This document shows, piece after piece, positions 40,556-55,696 of a stretch of DNA of 64,000 bases. The position numbers and the translations under genes were made by a program. Under the pieces are notes generated by a model. That model was given only the letters and a program-made list of their open reading frames with translations, had not been told where the DNA came from and made no database searches. Position 1 is the first letter of the stretch. Each line of letters starts with the position of its first letter. This stretch comes from Azolla caroliniana (taxonomy: Eukaryota > Plantae > Polypodiophyta): contig JBHGNT010000010.1 in assembly GCA_043228905.1 (NCBI GenBank), forward strand, positions 15,252,001 to 15,316,000. Reading direction: 5' to 3'.

Positions 40556-41820
40556 AGGGTTACTTATAGTACTAACTTTTACTTGAGCTAAGAACACCTT
40601 ACTAACTTGCTTAGAAGGAATGGAACTACTAATGGGTTGCACAAATTTAGGGTTGTCCAACCAAACAACTCCTATTCGTTTCACGTATTCGGGTGCAAAA
40701 ACAAGAAAAATAGTGCTCAGACAGAAAACGAGAAAGCAGAGAACACAGGTACAATGACAGACGATTTTTCACGTGGAAAACCCGGAAGGGAAAAACCACA
40801 TGGGTCCACAAAACCCAAGAAACAGAATCACTAAGTAGAGAGGAGTACAATAAGAAACTCGGAGGCAACGACCTCGAGATCTTCTTCGTCAATAGACAGC
40901 TGCAGAGTTACACTCTAGCTCTCACACACACTCACTCACTCACTCAGTTACAGAGGCAATGACCTTCTTGTAACTCACAACCCAATGATACAACAATGAT
41001 CTACTACACCTTACTAAAGTTTGCCCTACTTGTATTTATACTTATACAACTTTATGGCTAATTACATACATAGCCCACACAGGGCACATTTCGACTATTT
41101 ACAAATATAGTCTCCCAAGTTACTCATCAAATTGGCTCTTCTCTTCCCACCCGGACGGACCTATTTCCCAACACTATTTTGGTTGTACTTAATTGTTTAA
41201 CTCTTCTTGTAGTTGACTGAGGACTTCAAATTTGTTTGATAAACTTGGGCTACTAGGATTATCAAACACTCCTAATGAAATAGAGTCGAGTTTTAGTACT
41301 AACGACTAGTTGATTTACTTTTCTTTTGGCCTATGGGGACAATTTACTACAATATGCCCTACTGCACCACAATATAGACATAGGCGATTTGTTCTGTGTC
41401 GTTGCTTTTCCTCTTTTGACAATGGTCCACGAAGACGTGTGGTGTCGATTTCCATTGGTGTTGGCATATTTGCCAGAGACTCATTATATGAATCCTTTGC
41501 AAAAGGTTTTGCTATGACTGAGGCGTATGCGGGCTCCGACCTTGTCCTTGGCATTTGGAATTGTTGTTCCGAACGACGTTCGAAAAGCCGATTATCGCAT
41601 CGCACTGCTCAACTGATTGCCTCTGTGAGCGACTTTGGTTCCTCTGGGAAAGTCAGGAGTAATTCTTTGACTTCATTGCGTAGGCCATACCGAAACTGCT
41701 CCATCAATGCTTGGTCGTCCCAGGGAATATCGGTGGCGAGTAGACGGAAATCCGCAACATAAGCTGAGGCCGGACGATCAACTTGACGCAGTCTTCAGAT
41801 TTGATTGATTGTCGTCCTAA
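40556..41820 (-). mobile_element. Second Ty3/Gypsy (Tcn1-like) gag/pol fragment
   Basis: Gag RCDNRLFERR..PTPMEID..LCLYCGAVGHIVVNCP. The pol start STTKIGVVWLDNP is restored when the solo LTR is removed and is homologous to TTVGAMWLDNP at 32300. Confidence 0.85.
40677..41173 (-). mobile_element. Copia solo LTR with TSD
   Basis: Related to the LTR at 31344-31897. Ends CGTT (mutated TG)..AACA. Perfect 5-bp TSD CTATT at 40672-40676 and 41174-41178. Confidence 0.85.
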
Positions 41821-42182
41821 TGCTATTGGATTTTATTTTGAGAAGCTTTACATGTTCAAAGAGTCGACGATAAACAAAATGGTGGTTGGCTTCAAGTGAT
41901 TGAATTCCCACCTTAGCTAAATTCTCCCTTGTTTTTCTCAACAACTAAATAAATCTTCTACTTCTTCTCTTGTGTATGATTTTTTCTCGGCTCCTTCAGA
42001 GCGTTGCCAAGACTTTTAAAGCTCTTCCTTAGCTTGTTGTAGATGAAGTTGGCACTTAAATACTGCTTGATAGAGGTGGAATAACCGAAAGTTTAACCTA
42101 ATCCCTCAAGACCAAAAGACCCTACATCATAACTACATGAAAGAAGACAAAACAATGAAAAAACTCACAACAATATTTAACA

Positions 42183-42433
42183 AAACTCAAATACACAACA
42201 AGGTATTACACATATTTGATCCATAACGTTATCAATTCACAACTTCATTATTCACAATATTAAGACAACACTCAAATAAATGCACAACGTGACAGTATGA
42301 ATATTCAATCCACAACATTATATATTGCAACGTCATTATTCACAATATTAAGACAACACTCAAATACACGAGGTAGTACACATATTCAAACCACAACGTT
42401 ATAGATTGCAGCTGCTCTATTCACAATATTAAG
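42183..42433. repeat. Degenerate ~87-bp tandem repeat, 3 copies
   Basis: Recurring CTCAAATA..CACATATT..CCACAACGTTAT..TATTCACAATATTAAG. Confidence 0.75.
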
Positions 42434-42710
42434 TAAGTGACATGATCATTATGAGTTCTCTATCGCTCGTTAAGACTCTAAAAATATGAGCTCTTCATCG
42501 AGCCCTAAGTTCCTCCTATATATACTTGGGCTTGGAGGGTTCACACTGGACTAGCCCAATTAGTAGCTAGTTTCGATGCCATAGGTCTCTCGTATGTGCG
42601 ATAGGGCTTTGGATGGCTCAGACTAGGCCAAACCAATTGGAAAATAGTTTTTGCAATCTTATGTCATATGACATACATCTTTAAAAAATGCCCGTAAAAA
42701 AACTTTAATA

Positions 42711-42794
42711 CTAACCCGTCAAATTTAGGCCCTATATAATGATCTTATGGTCTAACCCGTCAAATTTAGGCCCTATATAATGATCTTATGGTCT
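42711..42794 (+). repeat. Perfect 41-bp tandem duplication containing CTATATAAT, upstream of the PPR gene
   Basis: CTAACCCGTCAAATTTAGGCCCTATATAATGATCTTATGGT occurs twice. Confidence 0.9.
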
Positions 42795-43082
42795 CGTGTG
42801 GACAACCTTACTAAAACATAGCTACCTCAGCCTACAACAGTCTTAGGCATCTTTGCTTTTTCTCTCTAAACGCATACATATGTATATGAAATGCTATTCG
42901 TAAGTTCCCATCTCCACAATGTAGTGGGCATTACTACCTTTGTAAAATCATCATCATCAGAAGATGCAGATATACAGTAAAGAGTGTCATTACCTTTATA
43001 GAGAAAAAATTAGCATAGGAATAACGTAGATCTTATGTATCACAAAAATGACCTAGAACATCTTTCTAAGACCTAATTCTTC

Positions 43083-46000
43083 ATGGGTTCTCTCATCAAT
43101 CAATACATCAAACGTGGTAAGTTCGACAATGCTCTCTCTTTGTATCAAACCATGTCAAAGTCTAAACTACATGATTGCTATATTAATGTTCCTTTAGGTG
43201 GACATACCTATGTTGATCTGATCAAAGTATGCATTAAGATGAAAGACATAGAAATGGGTCATCAAATCCATATCAATGTTTGCAAATTGGGTTTAATCCA
43301 GTTTGATGTATTTGTTGGAAGCACATTAGTCGATATGTATGCTAAATGTGGGTTAATATTTGATGCTAAACAAGTGTTAAAAAAACTTCAAGTTCGGAAC
43401 GTGGTGACTTGGAATGCTCTTATTGGAGGGCTTGTAAAGTTTCGTTATGGAAAGGAAGCTTTGATAACTTTTCAGGATATGAAGCTTGATCATATTTGTC
43501 CCGATGTTGTTACATTCATGTACTCTTTGAAAGCTTGTGGGATCTGTATACTTCCCGAAAAGGGTAGAGAAATACATAGTGATATTGCTAAAATGGGTCT
43601 CTTGGGAGGAGGAGACCCGCATATCGAAAGTGCGTTGGTCAATATGTATGTTGATTGCGGTTTGCTTGCCGAAGCTTATCAAGTGTTTGTGCTACTTAAT
43701 GTCCGAGATGTGGTTACTTGGAACACACTTATTTCAGGGTATATTCAATATGAACATTATGAGAAAGCTTTGAATGTATATGAATGGATGGATATCTCTC
43801 CTAATGCTATCACATATGGATGCATTTTGAAAGCATGTGGAAGTATTGGAGCCATCGAAAAGGGCAGTAAAATACATGCTCATGTAGTTGAGAAAGGGCT
43901 TTTAAGAACAAGTTCTTGCCCTTTTCTTGGCAATATGCTAGTAGAAATGTATGCAAAATGTGGCATTATGTCTAAAGCCCAGGAAGTGTTTGATTCATTA
44001 CCTCTGCGAAATATAGTAACATGGACCTCTTTGATGGGAGGATATGCACAAGATCTAAATTGCAAGCAAGTGATGCAGTGTTGGAAGTGGATGCAAATGG
44101 AAGGTATCCCTCTTGATGCTATAGCATATGCTTGCTTGTTGAAAACATGTGGAAGAATCAAAGATTTGAAGAAAGGCAAAGAAATACATGAGGAAATTGT
44201 GAAGAATGTCTTGCTTAAAAATAACCTTTTCCTTGGAGCTGGAGTAGTTGATATGTATATTAAATGTGGATCGCTAAGAGAAGCCCATGAAGTGTTTGAT
44301 ACAGTACGAGTTCATGACACTGTTATGTGGAATGCTTTGATTGGAGGATATGTGCACGAGAATCAAGGCGAAGGAGCCTTGAGATTATTTGACGAGATGA
44401 AAATTGAGGGTGTACTCTCCAATTCTATCACACTTTCATGCTGCTTGAAATCGTGTGTTGGTGTTGAAAACACAGCGAAGGGTCGGGGTATTCATGCAGA
44501 AATTTCTACTAAGGGTTTTGTAGAAACTGACGCCTTTCTTGGTAGTGTGTTGGTTGATATGTATGCAAAATGGGGATCACTTGAGGAAGCCAATGTAGTC
44601 TTTTGTTCTATTCCTTTTCATGACGTAGTGACATGGAATGCATTGCTTGCAGGATACGTCCAACAAGGGCATCCTGAGAAAACGCTTAATGCTTTCCAAG
44701 TTATGTATAATGAAGGCATTTGTCCGGACTCAATCACACTTACTTCTTGCTTGAAAGCATGTGGCTGTGTGAATAAGAGGGCAAAGGGCATTGAAATGCA
44801 TGCTCAAATTTATGGAAATGGCCTTTGGAGTATGGACTCTTCTATTGCTAGTGCTTTGGTGATCATGTATGCTAATTTTGGACAACTTGCAAACGTAGAA
44901 AAGGTCTTTAATAAGCATCCTGTGCGTGATGTAGTTGCTTGGAATGCATTGATCTCAGCATATGTCCAACATGATTGTGGAGAACAAGCCTTGTGTTTTT
45001 TCGAACAAATGAAGCTTCAGGGCATCTCTCCAGAGCCTATCACATTTGCTTGCTATCTGAAAGCATGTGGATCTATTGGAACAGTAGAGAAAGGCATTGA
45101 AATACATAGTGAGATATCCAAGGAAGGACTCTTGGCTTCAGACTACTTTCTTGGAATTGCTTTGATTGATATGTATGCCAAGTTTGGGATGCTTGTAAAA
45201 GCATGGGAGATCTTGGATACACTTCCAGTTCACACTGTAGTTGCATGGACTGCATTTATAGCTGGATGTGTACAACATGAATACAACAAAGAAGCATTAG
45301 ATTGTTTCAAACAAATGCAACTTATGGGTATCCCACCAGATGCTATAACTTTAGCTTGTGAACTGAAAGCGTGTAACTCTATTGGAGCCATTGAAAAGGG
45401 CATCCTAATACATGCCCAGATTACGGCAATGGGGTTCTTGAAAGAGAATCTCTATCTTGGTAACATGTTATTACACATGTATGCTAAACATGGCATGCTA
45501 ACTAAAGCAGAAGAAGTTTTTAATGCACTTCCAAATCGTGATGTAGTCACATGGACCACACTTATAGAAGGATATGTACAAAATAAATGCAGTGAAGATG
45601 CATTAGATTGTATAAATAAAATGCAAAATGAAGGTGTTTCCCCAAACCATCTTACAGTTGTTTGGAGCTTGAAAGCTTGTGGTGACATCGGAGACGTACA
45701 TAAGGGCTGTATACTACATGGAGAACTTTCTAGAATGGATCTACTAAATGACACTTTTATAGGAAGTGCACTGGTGGATATGTATGCCAAATGTGGCTTG
45801 CTTAAAAAAGCCCTAGAAGTGTTTGATTCTCTTCCAGCTCGGAATCAAATTACTTGGAATGCCCTTATTTCAGGATTTTCCCAACTCGGAAAAGTTGAAG
45901 AGGTATTCAACCTATTTGAGTGTATGAATATCGAAGGTGTGAAGCCGGATGAAGCGACATTTGCAGGTGTTCTGAAAGCTTGTAGTCATGGAGGTGATAT

Positions 46001-46325
46001 AGACAAGGGACATAGGTATTTCGAGTCAATGAATAAGTCTTATGGAATCACACCGGGCCTTAGTCATCATACTTGTATGGTCGATCTTTTAGGCCGGGCA
46101 GGTCAGCTCACAAAAGCTGGGGAAATGATGGATAATGTGCCTTTCCATCCAGATAGTGTGATGTCTCTGGCTTTGTTGAGTGCTTGCCGCAAGTGGAGTG
46201 ATATAGACCTTGGGGTACGTGTTTTTGAACATGCAATCGGATCAGACCAAAAGCTCACATCAGCTTATGTTTGTATGTATAATATGTACACTGATCCTAT
46301 CATGGATAAGGTTATGACATGTTAA
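43083..46325 (+). CDS. PLS-class pentatricopeptide repeat protein, E subgroup (about 30 PPR motifs, E1, truncated E2, no DYW); putative organellar RNA-editing specificity factor
   Basis: Single 1080-aa ORF with 10 P-L-S triplets (VVTWNALI../ITF..LKACG../GSALVDMYAKCG). It ends with the terminal triplet (ACSHGG; HHTCMVDLLGRAG), E1 (ALLSACRKW) and AYVCMYNMY, then a stop. Confidence 0.95.
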   Translation: MGSLINQYIKRGKFDNALSLYQTMSKSKLHDCYINVPLGGHTYVDLIKVCIKMKDIEMGHQIHINVCKLGLIQFDVFVGSTLVDMYAKCGLIFDAKQVLKKLQVRNVVTWNALIGGLVKFRYGKEALITFQDMKLDHICPDVVTFMYSLKACGICILPEKGREIHSDIAKMGLLGGGDPHIESALVNMYVDCGLLAEAYQVFVLLNVRDVVTWNTLISGYIQYEHYEKALNVYEWMDISPNAITYGCILKACGSIGAIEKGSKIHAHVVEKGLLRTSSCPFLGNMLVEMYAKCGIMSKAQEVFDSLPLRNIVTWTSLMGGYAQDLNCKQVMQCWKWMQMEGIPLDAIAYACLLKTCGRIKDLKKGKEIHEEIVKNVLLKNNLFLGAGVVDMYIKCGSLREAHEVFDTVRVHDTVMWNALIGGYVHENQGEGALRLFDEMKIEGVLSNSITLSCCLKSCVGVENTAKGRGIHAEISTKGFVETDAFLGSVLVDMYAKWGSLEEANVVFCSIPFHDVVTWNALLAGYVQQGHPEKTLNAFQVMYNEGICPDSITLTSCLKACGCVNKRAKGIEMHAQIYGNGLWSMDSSIASALVIMYANFGQLANVEKVFNKHPVRDVVAWNALISAYVQHDCGEQALCFFEQMKLQGISPEPITFACYLKACGSIGTVEKGIEIHSEISKEGLLASDYFLGIALIDMYAKFGMLVKAWEILDTLPVHTVVAWTAFIAGCVQHEYNKEALDCFKQMQLMGIPPDAITLACELKACNSIGAIEKGILIHAQITAMGFLKENLYLGNMLLHMYAKHGMLTKAEEVFNALPNRDVVTWTTLIEGYVQNKCSEDALDCINKMQNEGVSPNHLTVVWSLKACGDIGDVHKGCILHGELSRMDLLNDTFIGSALVDMYAKCGLLKKALEVFDSLPARNQITWNALISGFSQLGKVEEVFNLFECMNIEGVKPDEATFAGVLKACSHGGDIDKGHRYFESMNKSYGITPGLSHHTCMVDLLGRAGQLTKAGEMMDNVPFHPDSVMSLALLSACRKWSDIDLGVRVFEHAIGSDQKLTSAYVCMYNMYTDPIMDKVMTC

Positions 46326-47675
46326 TGTATATTGAAGTTTTGAATACATTTCAGTTGTGACTCTCTAGATTGATCTCAAGGCAAATATAAATATTACACG
46401 TTATATGTTCAGATTAGATGTAGATATCATGTGTTGGGATTAGATAAACATAATTACATGAATTCATATTGGGGGAAAGGTTTGACATATCTTCGTCGGT
46501 TCTTTTCTTGCCTGTGATTCATCAAGATTGCTCCATTAAGGTGGAAAAAAATGTGCTGCTTTGCTTTGCAGCAGTGACAGATGATTCTAAATAAGAAAAG
46601 CCAAGATTATATTAACCGTCAACTCCCACCCAGGATATAAGGGACATTTCAGGGATGATTGTTTTCTTATGGGCAATGAGGGATTGTGAGGGATTGTGAC
46701 GATTGTGACGACAATGAGGGTTATTTTTGTTTTTATATTATCTTACAGAACACTTCGATGTGGGTTCATTCATATATGTGATGTATCAGTTTAATAAGAT
46801 AACATCCTCACCTGCAAACGATGCCAATATAAGACATTGATAGCATCCATAAATGCATGAGTTGTAAGTATCAACAGGGAAAAGAATTGTAAAGCTTGTA
46901 TTGGAAAGATAAACGAGCAATCATACCCAGTCCCTTATGCATTGCACTCCAATCTTTCAAGACATCAAGTGGATCTACACAGTCCCAAAAGAGATAGATA
47001 AAGCATCGTAATGCATCATTGCAACATAACCCAGTAATATTGTATTACACAAAGTACAAAATTTCTCAAATGTTAAGCAGTACAAACAAAACAAGTCCAA
47101 GAGCGTTTAACTTAATACTCCATATATAACACGCTTGTCACTAAAACTGTAGAATAATTAAATCTCCAACAGTTTCAACTTCCTTCGCAAGTAACCTGAA
47201 CAACCATATTGCTTCCCAAAAGAGAAAGAGAAAGAAATAGACATGGAACTAGATATGGACAAGAAGATCATGCATTGAACCCCTACTTTCCAGTGGCATC
47301 TTAATAATTTAGGGCATATGCTGAGATTTCAACTTCATGTGTACAGATCCAGTCTTAAACCAACAAGGAGTAATTTTTTAATTGCAGTGACTTCCATTTA
47401 ATCATCATACTGTCAAAAATCAAATGGGCATCATCGGTTCACCTTAAAAATCATACACACATATAAATCATCGGCTATTAAAAGACTGCAAAACCTAAAG
47501 ATAGCAAGCATCTTTTTCTGGTTGTTTTATGTAATCACATTCCTTTAGGTGTAAAAACAGAATTTCTTTTTCTTTTTTCCACTTTTTTAATACCCTCAGA
47601 GGGAAACAAAATAAGCTCGGTCATATTATCATATAGCATTAAAAGCGATTAATAGATCATCTTTGCTATTTTCCT

Positions 47676-53803
<6,128 letters not shown>

Positions 53804-54308
53804 AGCTAAGCGGTTGGTTCTTCTTGGTCGCCCTTTCTTTTTCCTTTTCCTTTTCTTGCTTGCACTCTCTATTACTTCTTGCTTTGCACTTTCTGTCTGT
53901 CAGAGACTGCCTTTGCCTGTCTTGCTTCTTGAACTTCTGAGTGGCACCTTTTTCTATTCCCTTATAAACAGGAGGAATTAACGCGAGAAAGAGGTACCAA
54001 ACTTCACAGAGACAGAGAGACAGAGAGAGAGGGCGTTTTTCTTTCGGTTCAATTCCTTTCCTTGGTGAGCAAGCTTCTTCAAGACTGCTGGCTATCTATG
54101 GCGTGAAGAGCAGCTCTGCTCTCTGAATGAATCCTCTCTATTTACAAATTTGGCCCACCCCTCCTCCTCCTATCTACCGGCTTTCTATACATACTAGAAG
54201 GCGAAAGGGCCTGCCTGGCCCCAAAGAAGCATCAGAAGCCTGATTCCTTCCGGTTTCCAAAGGACTGCTTCAGGACTCTCTCTCTCTCTCTCTCTTTTTT
54301 ATCGTAAT

Positions 54309-54385
54309 TACCTTACGCTAGTGGTAAGTTGTTAGCACTACAAGCATTGCGTTGTGGGTTCGAAACCCGACTTTTCCTCGCCTCT
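54309..54385 (+). mobile_element. tRNA-derived SINE-like head (Pol III A/B boxes)
   Basis: A-box-like TACGCTAGTGG and B-box GGTTCGAAACCC (54357-54368) at tRNA spacing. No intact acceptor stem. Confidence 0.55.
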
Positions 54386-54420
54386 CTATTATATACTTCT
54401 TATATATCTCTTAATTCACT

Positions 54421-54508
54421 AGATGCCATTGTGGAATGTAGGGCTTGAACCCATTACCACTTGGTCTCCATTGGGCAACCTTACCAACTGAGTTGCATCC
54501 ATCTGGGC
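54421..54508 (-). mobile_element. tRNA-derived SINE-like head (Pol III A/B boxes), opposite orientation
   Basis: The minus strand reads GGATGCAACTCAGTTGGTAAGG...GGGTTCAAGCCC. Confidence 0.55.
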
Positions 54509-54512
54509 ACTT

Positions 54513-54555
<43 letters not shown>

Positions 54556-55696
54556 ACACGTGAAGAGCAAAGTACGTGAAGAGCGCTTGCTTTGTCTCCC
54601 TCCCTCTCTGAATCCTCTCTATTTATAAACTTGGCCACCTCCTCTTGTCGGCAAGGGCTGGGGCAGCGAGGCAGAAGGGGCGATTTACTTTTGGTTTCCT
54701 TAGTGACCAAGCTGCTTCAAGACTCTCCCTCGTGTATGCATTAGTGATTTGGCCTCCATCTCTACCACCTCTTTCATGTGGGTGCAATTAGAGAGAGACC
54801 ATTGGTGATGATGTTATCACGTCAACTTCGAAGCAAATCAACTGCGTCACGTGACATCATTAGAGTAGAGTTCACTTTGCCCCCAATGCTAGTAGAAGCA
54901 CTTTTTCAACTTGAGGTTTTTATTAATAGGACACATAGCGAATCACAATATAGGATAGCTCATCAAGCTTTGGGGACATCTCAATCACTCTATGATTCTA
55001 ACGATACGAGCTCTTGGTATAGCACTATGGTAAGTTAACTTTTTGCAAACGTCCTAAACATTAATAACCTACCTCCTCTTACCACAAGACCAATAAAATT
55101 TTAATCTCTCATGAGGATAGTAATAAAGTAATATGCCAGTAAATATTGAAAATTTACACTCAAGATAAATGGATCAACCCACTAGAGCCACTACCATCTA
55201 TCATGTTGTACTATAAATAACACTTCATGCACTTCTCTAAGTTAGGTTTTATTATACGACAACAATATCTAGATACATTCTTACCAAATGCATTAAGCAC
55301 TATCATTGGACATCTTAGAGTATCATCTCACCAACTTGAGGTTGTGAATGGTCGTGCTAATGGATCCCCATAGAGGAAAGGATATGTAAATTATGTCACA
55401 TAGAGCTAGAGGATGAGTATCACTTTACATGCAAGTGTCCAATTTACGTCCTCAGTTGTCGTACCTCAAAGTCACTCATTGTGTAGAAGCAATTAAGAAA
55501 ATAAGAAAACGTGAGTTACAATGCCTGGACGTTATGGTCGAGGTACCTTTTACATTGGGACAACTGGTCACACCCACATTCAATCCCTTTGCCCTCCTGC
55601 TCTTTTGTTGAGACTTTGATGGAAATGAAACTAGGCCTAGCACATAGCCATTTCCTTTGTAGAATATGTTACACCATAACACATTTTGTACAATAC

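Noticed and set aside
46326-47675. Spliced DYW exon for the PPR gene
   Set aside because: Acceptor-like sites exist (about 46570 and 46748), but I see no PG box, HxE, CxxC or DYW-like frame.
54309-54508. Functional tRNA genes
   Set aside because: A and B boxes are present, but there is no pairing acceptor stem or proper anticodon arm. Treated as SINE-like.
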